DNA of 64,000 nucleotides from an uncultured Nitrospinota bacterium (GTDB lineage Bacteria; Tectomicrobia; Entotheonellia; J063; CAVPRW01): NCBI GenBank assembly GCA_963707985.1, contig CAVPRW010000006.1, positions 1 to 64,000 of the forward strand, read 5' to 3'. Shown piece by piece: positions 41,463 to 52,399 of this stretch (position 1 is its first letter; each line of letters starts with the position of its first letter). The notes under the pieces were generated by a model. It saw only the letters and a program-made list of their open reading frames with translations, ran no database searches and was not told where the DNA came from. The position numbers and the translations under genes were made by a program.

Positions 41463-42497
41463 TCAGGGTGTTGCAAGGTCATGCAGTGCGTCGATGATGG
41501 CGCGGTCGAACACCAGTCCCTCGACGCGGCGGCGCTCACGCTCACGGAAGGCACGCTCCGACGGAATGCGAATCTCCTCGACTCCTGCCTGTCGGGGGGT
41601 CGCCTTGAGGCGATCGATGAGCTCTGTCACCTGCCGTTTGAATTCGTCGGTTGGGATCAACAGGCCAGGGTCGAACGCCATGAATAGAAACCCATAATCC
41701 TGCACCTGGCCGCGTGCCAATGCTGCGCCGGCCAGGAGGCCCATGGCCTGGACCACGAACGACAGCCCATAGCCTTTATGCCCACCGAACGGGAGAACAC
41801 CACCGAGCAGCGCTGCTTGGGCATCACGCGTCGGTTGACCCTCCCGGTCAAGCCCCACCCCTGCAGGCAGTGGCGCGCCGGTCTCGGCATGCAGCAGCAC
41901 CTCCCCCCACTGCAGCGCGGCGGTGCCCATGTCAAAGATCACCGGACCCTGCGCGGACGGGAAGCCAAAGCAGAGCGGATTGGTTCCCAGTGCCGGCTGT
42001 GTCCCGCCAGAGGGGACCACGTGTGGCTGACCGCTGGCCAGGTGAATGCCGACGAAGCCGGCATTGACGATCATCTCCATATAATAGGCATTGCGCCCGC
42101 TGTAGTAACTATTATACACCCCCACCACAGCGAATTGACGGGCTCGGGCCTTGTCGATCACCAGCTGTGCGGCCCGGTACACGGCGACGTAGCCAACGTG
42201 GTTGCCGCCGTCGAGGAGCGCTGACACCGGAGTGTCGTGGACGACCTGTACCGGTTGGCGTGCTTGGCGGGTCTTGCCATCTCGGGCGATGGCCAGAATC
42301 CTCGGCAGACTGGCAAAAGGATAGCCGCACAAGGCATTGTCGATCAATTGGTCGACGATGATGCAGACTTCATCGTCGGCAAAGCCTAGACGTCCCAGCG
42401 CTTGTTCGCCAAGAGTCGTGGCCTCTATGACACTCAGGCGGATGGTGTCAGGTGTATCCTGGTCGAGCCGCTCACTGGTGGTGCTTGTTGTTGACAT
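41463..42497 (-). CDS. Ldh_2 family (malate/L-lactate/sulfolactate-type) dehydrogenase
   Basis: LDGGNHVG, LGTNPLCFGFP, FDMGTA, GGHKGYGL, IRIPSER. Confidence 0.88.
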   Translation of the reverse strand: MSTTSTTSERLDQDTPDTIRLSVIEATTLGEQALGRLGFADDEVCIIVDQLIDNALCGYPFASLPRILAIARDGKTRQARQPVQVVHDTPVSALLDGGNHVGYVAVYRAAQLVIDKARARQFAVVGVYNSYYSGRNAYYMEMIVNAGFVGIHLASGQPHVVPSGGTQPALGTNPLCFGFPSAQGPVIFDMGTAALQWGEVLLHAETGAPLPAGVGLDREGQPTRDAQAALLGGVLPFGGHKGYGLSFVVQAMGLLAGAALARGQVQDYGFLFMAFDPGLLIPTDEFKRQVTELIDRLKATPRQAGVEEIRIPSERAFRERERRRVEGLVFDRAIIDALHDLATP

Positions 42498-42684
42498 CTG
42501 GGTGGATTCCCCGTGCCTGGAGGCGGATTTTCCTGCACCATACCCCATCCCGACCCACCTGTCCAGCGGTGGCCGATCAGGCCATGCTGTGGCGATGATT
42601 CTGCGGACTGGGCCTAGAGCTGTGTTATAATCGTGCGCCAAACCTGACGGTTCGAAACTTGATGTCCCGATCATACGAGGAGAT

Positions 42685-43441
42685 ATGTCGATGGGGAAGC
42701 TCGATGGTAAAGTCGCGCTGGTCACCGGCTCAGGCCGCAATATCGGCCGAGCCACCGTTCTGAAATTGGCTGCCGAAGGGGCGCATGTGGTGGTCAACTC
42801 TCGTAGCAACCAGGCCGAGGCCGATGCGGTGGCACGCGAAGCCCAAGCCTTATGGCGTCAAGGCACTGTCGATCCTGGCGGACGTAGGCAAGAAAGATCA
42901 GATTGACAGCATGATATCGAAAGCGATGTCGGAATTTGGCCAGATCGATATCCTCATCAATAATGCGGCGATCCGCCCCCATAAGCCGTTTACGGAGCTG
43001 ACGGTCGAAGATTGGGAAAGAGTGCGCGCCGTGGTGCTGGATGGAGCGTTGTACGCCAGCATGGCCGTAATCAAAAGCATGGTGGCCAACAATTATGGGC
43101 GCATTCTATTCTTCACGGGCGAGGGGGCTTTCTCCGGTGGTTCTGGACGAGCCCACGTGTCGGCGGCCAAGATGGGCCTGGTGGGGTTGGCCCGGAGTTT
43201 AGCTGCCGAGTTTGCCCCCCACAACATTCGGGTCAACGTCGTCTGCCCCGGCAGCATCGATACCTCGCGCGCCAATCCCGAATGGTATCAGGGGCGGGTG
43301 CCGAGCGCCGGCGGGATTCCCCTGGGGCGACAGGGCATGCCAGAGGAAATCGCCGCCACTGCTTTGTTCCTGGTCACCGACGATAGCGGGTTTATCACCG
43401 GTCAAACCATTCATGCCAACGGCGGAGTCGCCTTTTTTTGA
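42685..43441 (+). CDS. short-chain dehydrogenase/reductase, frameshift near 42850
   Basis: [39 protein letters not shown]. Confidence 0.88.
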
Positions 43442-43456
43442 GGTTACCAGAACGCT

Positions 43457-44224
43457 ATGCAGACTAATACTACAAAGGCCAAACTGGCCGAGGGCAAAGT
43501 TGTGTTCGGGGCTATTATCAGCCGTTTTGCGCCGGACCAGGTGGAGCTGTTCGGCGCCCTCGGCTACGATTTCGTGATGATCGACTGCGAACATGGTCCG
43601 ATGAGCTTGGACGAAGTGGAACACATGGTGCGTGCCGCCGAGGTGTTTGGCATCACTCCTATCACACGCATCCCAAACCATGCGGACTCCACCATTTTGC
43701 AGTTTCTGGATCGGGGCGTACAGGGCATCATTGTGCCCCATGTCAATACTCAGGAGGCAGCTGAGGCGGTGGCGCGAGCGGCTCGATACCATCCTGAGGG
43801 CCATCGAGGTATGGGCAGTGGGCGGGCTCATGACTATGGGATTGGCGTATCACGGGATGAATCGACACGCTGGATTAACGCCAATGTGCTGGTCATCCCT
43901 ATGATCGAAGAGACCGAGGCCGTGCATAATCTGGATGAAATTCTGAAGGTTCCTGGTGTCGACGTGCTCCACGTTGCCGCTAGCGACCTGAGCCAGAGTA
44001 TGGGTTATCCTGGCGCGGCAGCCGTGCGGCAAGTCATGCGGCAGGTGGTTTCCAAGATCCGAACTGGTGGCAAACTGGCCGGGGTCGGTGGCAATTCCCC
44101 AGCCGATGCCACCGGCGTCGCCGAGTTTATCAAGGCTGGTGCCAATTTCGTGACGATTTCGGCGTTAGGGTTGCTGCGTCTCGGGGCCGAAGACTTCCGC
44201 CAGCGTGTGCAGGCAGCCCTGTAA
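43457..44224 (+). CDS. HpcH/HpaI aldolase family protein
   Basis: IDCEHG, LDRGVQGIIVPHV, YHPEGHRG, MIEE..AV.NLDEI. Confidence 0.9.
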   Translation: MQTNTTKAKLAEGKVVFGAIISRFAPDQVELFGALGYDFVMIDCEHGPMSLDEVEHMVRAAEVFGITPITRIPNHADSTILQFLDRGVQGIIVPHVNTQEAAEAVARAARYHPEGHRGMGSGRAHDYGIGVSRDESTRWINANVLVIPMIEETEAVHNLDEILKVPGVDVLHVAASDLSQSMGYPGAAAVRQVMRQVVSKIRTGGKLAGVGGNSPADATGVAEFIKAGANFVTISALGLLRLGAEDFRQRVQAAL

Positions 44225-44348
44225 CTGCCCACAAGCCGTATGGACGACGGATAGAGGATGGCGCTTGGCTTACGCTCCCCTCAGGTGAGCCAGCGCCTTC
44301 CCCCCAGCTATCGTTCTCCAGCCCTCCCTTTCTGCCTTCGGTTTTAGT

Positions 44349-44383
44349 CCCCTCTCCCTCTGGGAGAGGGTTAGGGTGAGGGG
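44349..44383. repeat. REP-like palindromic element
   Basis: CCCTCTCCC-TCT-GGGAGAGGG-TTAGGGTGAGGGG, an intergenic hairpin of a widespread repeat type. Confidence 0.6.
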
Positions 44384-44497
44384 TCGTTAGGGTAGCATCA
44401 AAGACCGCTCGCTCCCTCCTCTCCCTCTGAAGGATTCTGTGACTCAGGGCGCGAGGGGATTGACCTGACGTCTTCAGATCACCTCAGGAGGATATTC

Positions 44498-45271
44498 GTG
44501 CTGCCTCCCTTCCCCGGTATGGATCCATATCTGGAACATCCTGCACTTTGGCCAGGGGTGCATAACGGGCTCATTGCCGCGTTACAACTTTCCCTTGCCC
44601 CACAACTCCGGCCGCGGTACTACGTCGCCCTTGAAGCGCGGCTGTATATCACCGAGTCGGATCAGAGCGTGTTTGTCGGGCGCCCGGACCTTGCGGTCAT
44701 CGCTCAGCCAGCCGCCGAGGCCGCGTTGAAACCGAGCCCTTCTGCGTCCTCTGCGCTGACGGTACAGGTTCCGGTACCCGATGAAGTGCGGGAGACCTAC
44801 CTAGAGGTGCGGGAAACGCATACAGACAAGGTATTGACGGTAGTGGAGATCCTCTCGCCAACCAACAAGCGTCCAGGGCGTGGTCGGCGATTATATGAGG
44901 ACAAGCGTATGGAGGTGCTGGCGAGCAGGACGCACCTGGTCGAGATCGATTTCATTCGGGCGGGAGAGCCCATGCCGATCATTGGCAATGGTCGAGCCAG
45001 CGCTTACCGCATTTTAGTGAGCCGGGGGGACTGCAGGCCCAATGCCACGCTCTATGCTTTTGGCGTCCGTCAGCCGATACCCCCCTTCTCCCTGCCACTG
45101 AAGCCAACCGACCAGGAGCCCGACGTCTTCCTTGGCCAGATCCTCCATGACCTATATGACCGGGCGAGTTACGACTTGCGACTGGACTACAAGGGCAACC
45201 CTGATCCGCCTCTCCCTCCGGTCGAGGCAGCCTGGGCAGACGAGTTGCTACGTCAGAAAGGCTTGCGATAG
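44498..45271 (+). CDS. DUF4058 family protein
   Basis: PFPGMDPYLE..W..VH, VEILSPTNK, HLVEID, Y..RLDY. Confidence 0.85.
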   Translation: MLPPFPGMDPYLEHPALWPGVHNGLIAALQLSLAPQLRPRYYVALEARLYITESDQSVFVGRPDLAVIAQPAAEAALKPSPSASSALTVQVPVPDEVRETYLEVRETHTDKVLTVVEILSPTNKRPGRGRRLYEDKRMEVLASRTHLVEIDFIRAGEPMPIIGNGRASAYRILVSRGDCRPNATLYAFGVRQPIPPFSLPLKPTDQEPDVFLGQILHDLYDRASYDLRLDYKGNPDPPLPPVEAAWADELLRQKGLR

Positions 45272-45383
45272 ACGGACGAGATCGCGCGCTCGTCACCGTG
45301 CTTAGCTCATGCGGCTGAGCAAGCTCTTTGGCCTTGTGACGCTTGCTCGACAGTCCACCGCCAGCGGGTGCCCACGTCAGAAC

Positions 45384-46430
45384 CTATGCGCCTGGACCAC
45401 GCTCCATGGAGTATGGTTGCCAGCGCATCAGCGCACTCTTCTCCAGGACAGCCGGGTTCACACAGCTCCTGGGCCAACGGCCGCTCAGCACCAAGGCGAT
45501 TTCTTGCCCTACCCGTCGCTTCCGCACTGGATCAAAGCGGGCCGAGGCTGAGGCCACGTGCGGCGTCAGAATGACGTTGTCCATCTTCAGCAGGGCATTG
45601 GTCAATGTGGGAGGCTCTTGCTCGAGTACATCCAGGCCGGCGCCTGCGATCCAACCTTCCTGCAGTGCCTTGATCAGTGCCTCTTCGTCCGTCGTGGGGC
45701 CACGGCCAGTGCTGATGAACAACGCCTCGGGTTTCATCTGTCGGAAGTGGTGCTCTGTCAGCAGATGATGGGCATCCGGCGTCGCCGGGGCATGCATCGA
45801 GACGATGTCGGAGCGCTGCAGCAGCTCGGTCAGGTCCACCGGCTCTACACCGTATTGACTCACGACCAACTCCTCGACGAAGGGGTCATAGGCCAGCATG
45901 TGCACACCAAAAGCACGGGCTCGCACAGCCACCGCCCTGGCCACGTGCCCGAAGGCGATGAATCCGAGCGTCTGGCCCATGAGGCGCGGGAACTGGGACA
46001 GCATCGGTCGGCCCTCAGCCCAGCGGCCGTCTCGGACCAGCCTGTCCATGACCACCAGGCGGCGATAGGTGGACAGGATCAGCATCATGGTGTGGTCGGC
46101 GACTTCCTCGATGAACGTGTCCGGCACATTGGTGACCGGGATGCCGCGTGCCGTGGCCGCTGCGATGTCGACGGAGTCGACGCCCACCGTGCCCAGCGCG
46201 ATGATCTTGCAGCGCTCAAGGCCGTCGATCATACGCTTGGTGATGAGGCGACCCTTGGCGTACAGTGCGTCGGCGTTACGGGCCGCTTTTGCAAACTCCT
46301 CCTCAGTCCCATTCGGGATCTCGACGATCTCCGCGTCGAGCACGCCCAGTCCTTCCATTTCGAGCTTATACCCGACGCCCGCCACCGAGAAACTCGCCCC
46401 AGCGGGTGTGGCGATCGTGAATTTTGCCAT
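45384..46430 (-). CDS. D-isomer-specific 2-hydroxyacid dehydrogenase (CtBP-like)
   Basis: GIPVTNVPD..EEVADH, SDIVSMHAP, TGRG, AGAGLDV, LTPHVA. Confidence 0.92.
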   Translation of the reverse strand: MAKFTIATPAGASFSVAGVGYKLEMEGLGVLDAEIVEIPNGTEEEFAKAARNADALYAKGRLITKRMIDGLERCKIIALGTVGVDSVDIAAATARGIPVTNVPDTFIEEVADHTMMLILSTYRRLVVMDRLVRDGRWAEGRPMLSQFPRLMGQTLGFIAFGHVARAVAVRARAFGVHMLAYDPFVEELVVSQYGVEPVDLTELLQRSDIVSMHAPATPDAHHLLTEHHFRQMKPEALFISTGRGPTTDEEALIKALQEGWIAGAGLDVLEQEPPTLTNALLKMDNVILTPHVASASARFDPVRKRRVGQEIALVLSGRWPRSCVNPAVLEKSALMRWQPYSMERGPGA

Positions 46431-46842
46431 GTGACTCCTCCTCTCGTTACGTGCGATGCGACATTTTCCCCGTCAGCCGCACTCGCCACTTGTGAGCCTA
46501 GACGGTGCTGATTGTTTCACGCAGTAGGATTCCACAATTGAATATCTATCCAGAAATTTTCCTCACCATACCCGATTTATATGGGTCCTGTCCAGCATCA
46601 GAAGCACCCATGATGCGGTTGTTGACGGTCCATTGCGGTATTGGACGTCACCTTGCGCTGCCGGTGCTCGCGTATTCCCCATCCAATAGACGAACTCCCT
46701 ACCTTGCCTTTTGGGAAGCTCGTATACTTCGTGAAGTGCCAACTTAGCGCTGGAGACCCTCGACCTACCACGGGGATCGGAATTATCGAGCGGCGACGAG
46801 GTGATACCCTGACCATCCGCTTTCCTGACCGTGAAAACAGGC

Positions 46843-47915
46843 ATGACCAAGTCTCACGCAGATCGGAAGAGCTCCGATTCTCCCGTGGACTTTCAGCGAC
46901 TGCGGGCGGCTTGGCCGGGTCCAGTCTTTGATTTCACGCCAGAACCGAGCGCGGCGGATGACGGCCAACCTTCTGAGGACGTTCGGTCGCTTGTAAAATG
47001 TCTGCTTTTGACCTCCGGTTCCCCAACCGAAGTGAAGCAAAATCTCTCCCCTCTGAAAACGCTTCTCTGGAGCAAACAGGCTTGCACGCAGATCCTCGCA
47101 GGGGCTTCCTCCAACTTTGGTGAGATTCTCGCTTGGGGGGAGTTGCCTAAGTCTAAGGGTAGTAGCGAGGGTTCGACCGCGTTGGCACTCGAGGCGCATC
47201 TCGCCTGATGGGTTAAGACTAATGAACAAGAACGCTGCTCTGCGCTTTGCGGAGAATCAAGTCCAACAAGTGGATGAGTGGGGAAGCGTGTTTGAAATGA
47301 ACCGTATCGACCTCTTCGAGGAGGGGCAGGGGCGCTTCGAGGTCGAGTCGATGGCGGGCTCTGGCGCAATGGAAGCTTTCTACCACCAGAAAGTGTTCTC
47401 AAGGCTGAAGCGAGATGGCATCCATTCCTGGTTAGTCGTGCCCAATGAAGCTGTTCTTTGGGCTGGACCATGTTTGGCAGATTTGGCATACCACCTCGGC
47501 TCAGGTGGGAGCGTTCTCATCCCGAGTGCTGGGAGGCGTATCTCAAGCTGCAAGGAAGGCCAACGATCAGCCCCGTGTTCAGGTACCCAAAGCGGAGGAG
47601 CTTGGGTCGATCCTCAGGCCTCTCTTCGATGAGAATGCGGCTGAGCGCCGATTCTTCTGTGGCGCTGATTTCGAGGAAGCTGTCAACCGCACGTACCAAC
47701 GTTGTCTCCGATCGGCCCTCGGCGACGATACCTGGCCTGAGGACAATACTCGTGTCAACGTGTACCTCACCTCAGAGGAACTGACCCACTCACTGAGAGA
47801 CGTGCCGACGTCTGTTACAGAGGAAGCTGTCGAGCAGTTCATAATGGACATCAAACGTTACTGTGGAAGTGCCATGGCCAGCCAGGTCGAACAGCGCCTT
47901 GGTTTTGAGGGGTAG
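46843..47915 (+). CDS. hypothetical protein, apparently one gene split by frameshifts
   Basis: overlapping same-strand ORFs 46831, 47117, 47458 and 47445 with protein-like composition; no family recognised. Confidence 0.4.
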
Positions 47916-48025
47916 ATCCAGTGAATCGTGGGTTCACCAAACGGGTCCACGAAGCCTACACGTCGCATTGTGCAGAAGACATGGGCACGAGTGGACCGGC
48001 CCGCTGAGCGCGAGCGTTAAACGCC

Positions 48026-48265
48026 ATGCGGGTTGACGGGGCGTGGGATATCATCGTTGGGGTTGAATCCGCCGTGGTGGTAGAAGATTATCCTGAACAT
48101 CATAAGGGACCATGTGTTCTTGTCCTGCAAAGGGATCATGAAGGTAAGCCCGTTCACGGCGTCTGGGGTATCCCGAAGTAAGCAGCTTCTCCGGCTGTGG
48201 TGGTAACAGCCTATAGGCCAGAACCAGAGCTGCGGACAGCAGATTTCAAGAGGAGGAAATCGTGA
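48026..48265 (+). pseudogene. DUF4258-type toxin, 5'-truncated with internal stop
   Basis: [43 protein letters not shown]; stop overlaps the next GTG. Confidence 0.7.
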
Positions 48266-48478
48266 CCGGAAGACGCCATACGAAGTTTGTACGTGAGGGG
48301 CAGTACGGCGCCGAAGTTGATATCGAATTGATCGATGAAGAAGTCGGATGGTCGCCGTATTTATCTCTTGAAGATGCACAAAGATTGGATGATGTGCGGG
48401 AGGCTTTGCGGCGAGGTGACCTCAAGCGAGCAGCGCAGCTAGCCCGATGTCTTCAAACTCACGCCGATCGCTGTTTGA
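48262..48478 (+). CDS. putative antitoxin partner of the DUF4258 toxin (frameshift near the 3' end)
   Basis: TKFVREGQY.AEVDIEL..WSPYLSLEDA.RLDDVR.ALRRGD. Confidence 0.65.
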
Positions 48479-48564
48479 GCCCATCGTGCAAATCCATCGC
48501 TATTCCAATCGGGCACGCTGAGGATGATGACGCCGGCCTCTGCCGGCGCCACCGTCCCTGCGGG

Positions 48565-48873
48565 CTATTCGGCCGCAATGGCGCTGATAGAGCCTTCACC
48601 CTCCTTTCGCACTAGGGCAGAGCCGCGGTAATCAGTGCGTGAGCCCTCGACCACGAACTTGCAGTACCTGGGCGCCTCGCTGGGATCATCGCTTGCCGCC
48701 GCCGTTGCCACTCTCTCTTCACCTGGATTGAGCTTAGGCCGAGACAGGCTCGACGACGATCTTCACCGAGCCGATTGAACACATGAATGGTCAACCTGTC
48801 GCGTTTTGGTGCTGATGTTGGAGAGGTAACAATCGAGCACATTGTTCTCCGTTAAAAGTCGACCGATACTCAT
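48565..48873 (-). CDS. small hypothetical protein with compensating frameshifts
   Basis: AAGGAAG RBS; MSIGRLLTENNVLDCYLSNIS ... LNPGEERVA...PRYCKFVVEG...SISAIAAE. Confidence 0.4.
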
Positions 48874-49031
48874 GGCGTCTTCCTTTCTTTTGGCAAGTGT
48901 AACTGATCGAGTTGGCAGCGTGAACGCTTCTGAACTCTGTCTTGTCTTGCGTGCCCCCTCAAAGACGCTATCGCTTTTGCAGCATGGTCTCACCTCCTCG
49001 ACCCCCGCCCAGTTTCCTAACTAGTCGCCGG

Positions 49032-49589
49032 CTATTCCTCATCCATATGAATCCTGGTGCCGGTTGCAGTACCTGGTGCACGTAGGACGACCTTCCCCTC
49101 CACGTCAAGAAACTCGATCAAAATCTCTGCCTCGAACTGCGTACCATGGGCGCTAATAGCTCCCGTCGCAGTCGTTCTCGTGGTCCCGAATGGCGTGAAA
49201 CCATCTTCCTTGTAGATCAACTTCCGATAGAGGTAGGCAAACTCACCTCCCTTTTTGGGCTCCCACGCGCCATGCCCATTGCTCAAAATTAACGTTCCCA
49301 AGCTCCCCACCGGTGTTGGCGCAGGGCTATCGGTCTCGATCACGACCCCATCGCGCCCAAAGCTGAGAAGGAGCGGGATCGGGACCAAAAACGCCGGCAC
49401 ATCGTAGGTCACGAGCCAGGAGCCGACGGGCTGGTGGCGATTCTGCGAGGACTGTTGCCGTTGCGCCTCGGCAGCCGCAGCCGAGACCAGCCCAATCCCC
49501 AGGAGCGCACAGACCAGTAGCAGTCCCAGCAGGACAGTTACGTTGAGTTTCATTGTGCTCTCAGGTGTGCGTCGATGGTACGGCTGCAT
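49032..49589 (-). CDS. exported hypothetical protein (beta-rich)
   Basis: AGGAGG RBS, hydrophobic signal, VGSW, GHGAW motifs. Confidence 0.7.
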   Translation of the reverse strand: MQPYHRRTPESTMKLNVTVLLGLLLVCALLGIGLVSAAAAEAQRQQSSQNRHQPVGSWLVTYDVPAFLVPIPLLLSFGRDGVVIETDSPAPTPVGSLGTLILSNGHGAWEPKKGGEFAYLYRKLIYKEDGFTPFGTTRTTATGAISAHGTQFEAEILIEFLDVEGKVVLRAPGTATGTRIHMDEE

Positions 49590-49949
49590 CGGTTTCCCCT
49601 CCTTTGCATTGATTGACAGTGGCCAAGCTGGGGTGCGGCCAGCGTAGGTGATAACGAACACGATGCCTTCGGTGACCTTGTCATCCTACGGCTAGGCATG
49701 GTGGGTCAGCGAGACGAGGTAGCCTGCAATCTTCGGCTGCTCCGGGTGGTAGACGTTCGACCCCAGAGCCAGTCGGGTCAGTTCCTCCGGGCGGCGTTGC
49801 TATGCAGCAGCACGGCAGAGTATCCCGCAGACCGAGGACCTGTGAGAGGGCTTTTCGCAGGAGACGTATTTCGCCAATTCGAATGGCTATACATTGTACA
49901 TTCTCACTGCCGGGTGCTCTGGCCAATTCGCTCAGGACACTCTAGGCCC

Positions 49950-50095
49950 CCACCTCCCCAACACCGGCGCATAGTAGCGCGCCCCCGTGATAGTACTAGT
50001 CCACTTTCCTCATCGCGCTCTTTGCCCGTGAAGCGGTAGCGCTTCCTGGCAAAGCTGCCGAAGCTGGTGTCGCCATGAGGGGTGTACTCCTCGAT
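49950..50095 (-). pseudogene. RHS repeat-associated core fragment
   Basis: EEYTPHGDTSFG..KRYRFTGKERDEESGL / YYHGARYYAPVLGRW (one frameshift). Confidence 0.85.
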
Positions 50096-50249
50096 GAAGT
50101 TCCTGATTTCTGACTCAAGTGCACGCCTTATCAGGACCAAGCGGTATGATGGTCGCCAGGGATCAAGCCGTCACAAGAACGGTACAGTGGCTGTCACGAT
50201 AGGGTGTTGCAAAGTCACCCGCAGCAAATCACCCTGTGGTCAGTCCTGT

Positions 50250-50468
50250 CTAGGCGGTCAGCGTCATGTCCCCGACAGAGGTGAGACGGCCGGTCCGGAA
50301 CCAGTGCACGAGGACAGCGACCGCGAGGTGATCTTGGTCCGGCTCCGTCACGGCTTGCAGCGCGGCCACGACGTCGTACAGCGTTGTGGTGAGGTGTGCC
50401 GGTGCCTTGGTTGCCCCTAGACGCGACTTTATCATCGGCACGTGATGGGAGCGGCTCCTTGCGGTCAT
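50250..50468 (-). CDS. small hypothetical protein
   Basis: GAAGGAG RBS; TTTLYDVVAALQ..V..DQDHLAVAVL.HW. Confidence 0.55.
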   Translation of the reverse strand: MTARSRSHHVPMIKSRLGATKAPAHLTTTLYDVVAALQAVTEPDQDHLAVAVLVHWFRTGRLTSVGDMTLTA

Positions 50469-50677
50469 GTCTTGGACTCCTTCCGCTGGCCGGTCATGGC
50501 ATCCAGGGATACAGGATGACAGCGACGCTGATGAAAAAGGTGAGGCACTCTTGAACTGTGACAGCCAGCATGGCTTACCCCCTCAGCTTCGCAACCAGTG
50601 CTCTTCCTATCCCTCGCGGTGATCTGTGTTGAATGTAGGGCCTGGGAGGGAAAAAACCTTGGAGATGGGCTGCAGAA

Positions 50678-50710
50678 TTCCCTGAGATTTTCCTGAGATT
50701 TCCTTGAGAT
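50678..50710. promoter_or_regulatory. three 11-bp direct repeats (OmpR/PhoB-type box-like)
   Basis: TTCCCTGAGAT TTTCCTGAGAT TTCCTTGAGAT. Confidence 0.5.
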
Positions 50711-50887
50711 GCTTCGGTGTGTCGATGGGGCAGGCTAAGGCTGGTGGCGCCTGGATTCTGGTGCGCGACTCCTGCTGGGTGGCGGATCCGGCTCGGAGCA
50801 GAGACCCCATGAGCCATTTGGCCTCTGGCTCATGGTCGCCTCCATCGCGGAGCGATGGCCTACCACCACCTCTCGTTCACGCAATAC

Positions 50888-51049
50888 TCATGCGGGCGGG
50901 GGTGGAGGAAATGGTGGAGGTGGTTCCGGTGGTGGCATCGGGGGCCTTGGGTCGGGGAGCGGCGGTTGTGGGGCTGGCGGCAGAGGGGGCTCAGCCCATG
51001 ATGCGTGGGAGGTGTGTGTGCCGTTATAGACAAAAGTCGCGCTCACCAT
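50888..51049 (-). CDS. proline-rich small peptide (53 aa)
   Basis: GGAGG RBS; MVSATF...EPPLPPAPQPPLPDPRPPMPPPEPPPPFPPPPPA. Confidence 0.4.
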   Translation of the reverse strand: MVSATFVYNGTHTSHASWAEPPLPPAPQPPLPDPRPPMPPPEPPPPFPPPPPA

Positions 51050-51173
51050 AAGGGTTCCTCCGTATGACATGGTTATGACGTCGATGACGTCGATGCGGTA
51101 TGCCACCGGCTCGCAAGGTCCCGCCGAGTGCTGCGCCCTCAGGGCCCGAGGCCGTGACCTGTCCGCTCGTGAG

Positions 51174-51783
51174 TCAGGATTTGATCGCTGACGCACAGAA
51201 ATCCCTCCCGATGTCGACCACCTGCGCACCAGCGAATCCTGCCGTCGTGAGCACATCCGTCAGCTCCGCCTGGGGTTGCCCCGCATAGGGAGTAAACCCG
51301 AGCGCTACTCGGCCCCCGGGCTTCAGCACCCGCCAGATCTCACGTAGCCCAGCGACGGCGTCGGGCCAGACCTGCATCGCATTGATCGCCATGGCTTTGT
51401 CAAACATCTCAGGCGCGAACGGTAAAGCTTCGGCAGAGCCTCTCCGGAGCTCGACCTTGCCCCGTTGAATCGCCTCGACATTCCGTACCCTGGCCTGCTC
51501 GACGCATCTCCTCGGAGACATCCACACCCTCGACGTGTCCCGATGACACCACGGATGATAGCAGCTCAATGCCCACCCCTGGCCCAAAGCCAATCTCCAG
51601 GACGCGGTCGTGCGGCTGGACGTCGAGCAGGGCGACGGTCCGCCCGCCCAGGCTCCGGTTCATGCGGGCCATGATGATCCCCCCGAGCCGTCCCAACACG
51701 CCCTGTGGACGGCCAAACATCCGCAGCAGAATTCTGTCCACGAGGCTCACGGCCTGATCAGTCTCCCATGCTGTCGATGCCAT
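51174..51783 (-). CDS. class I SAM-dependent methyltransferase, frameshift near 51505
   Basis: FGRPQGVLGRLGG, VLEIGFGPG, GSAEALPF, RVLKPGG. Confidence 0.88.
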
Positions 51784-51784
51784 C

Positions 51785-52171
51785 TTAGGAGGCGTTCTCG
51801 ATGACGACTTGCACCCATTCGGTGCCGCGCTCACGCATGCCGATGCGCTTGGCCGCTGCCTCCGAGAGGTCGATGATTCGACTCTTGCCGCCGCCATAAG
51901 GTCCACGGTCGTTGATTTTGACGACCACGTGCTGCTTCGTCCGCAGATTCGTGACCTTGACCTTCGTTCCTAAGGGTAAAGAACGATGTGCTGCCGTCAA
52001 CTGTCCCCGTGTGAAACGCTCCCCACTGGCCGTCTTTCGACCTTGATGCCGTTGCCCATACCAGGAGGCCAAGCCCACCTGTTTAGTCTGTGAAGGACCT
52101 CCGGAGGCCAAATCGGGTGGGGGCATAAGTAAGAGTCCGACGAGTCCCAGGATCACCAATAATGCTCGCAT
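51785..52171 (-). CDS. RlpA-like DPBB lytic transglycosylase
   Basis: GLASWYG, TASGE, TAAHRSLPLGT, VKINDRGPY, IIDLS. Confidence 0.92.
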   Translation of the reverse strand: MRALLVILGLVGLLLMPPPDLASGGPSQTKQVGLASWYGQRHQGRKTASGERFTRGQLTAAHRSLPLGTKVKVTNLRTKQHVVVKINDRGPYGGGKSRIIDLSEAAAKRIGMRERGTEWVQVVIENAS

Positions 52172-52399
52172 GACAGGCCCTCCAGGGGGACAGTGGATGG
52201 TGTCATGGAGCAACAGGTATGCCACCCAACTCATGAATGCCGAAAGCGGCGTCTAGAAGCCTTCTTCGTCGTTTCAGCGCAGGTTATTCAGGTCTTCGAG
52301 TCTCAGAATGACATGGCGAACCTGGATGATACCTGGCTCATTTTGAGAGCATCAGTCCATGAGGGAGGTGAATAGCAGGAGCACAGCCAACCGGAGTGA

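Noticed and set aside
45558..46511. 317-aa ORF antisense to the 2-hydroxyacid dehydrogenase (and similar long antisense ORFs at 1075, 33243, 60124, 61893)
   Set aside because: Shadow frames of well-supported genes
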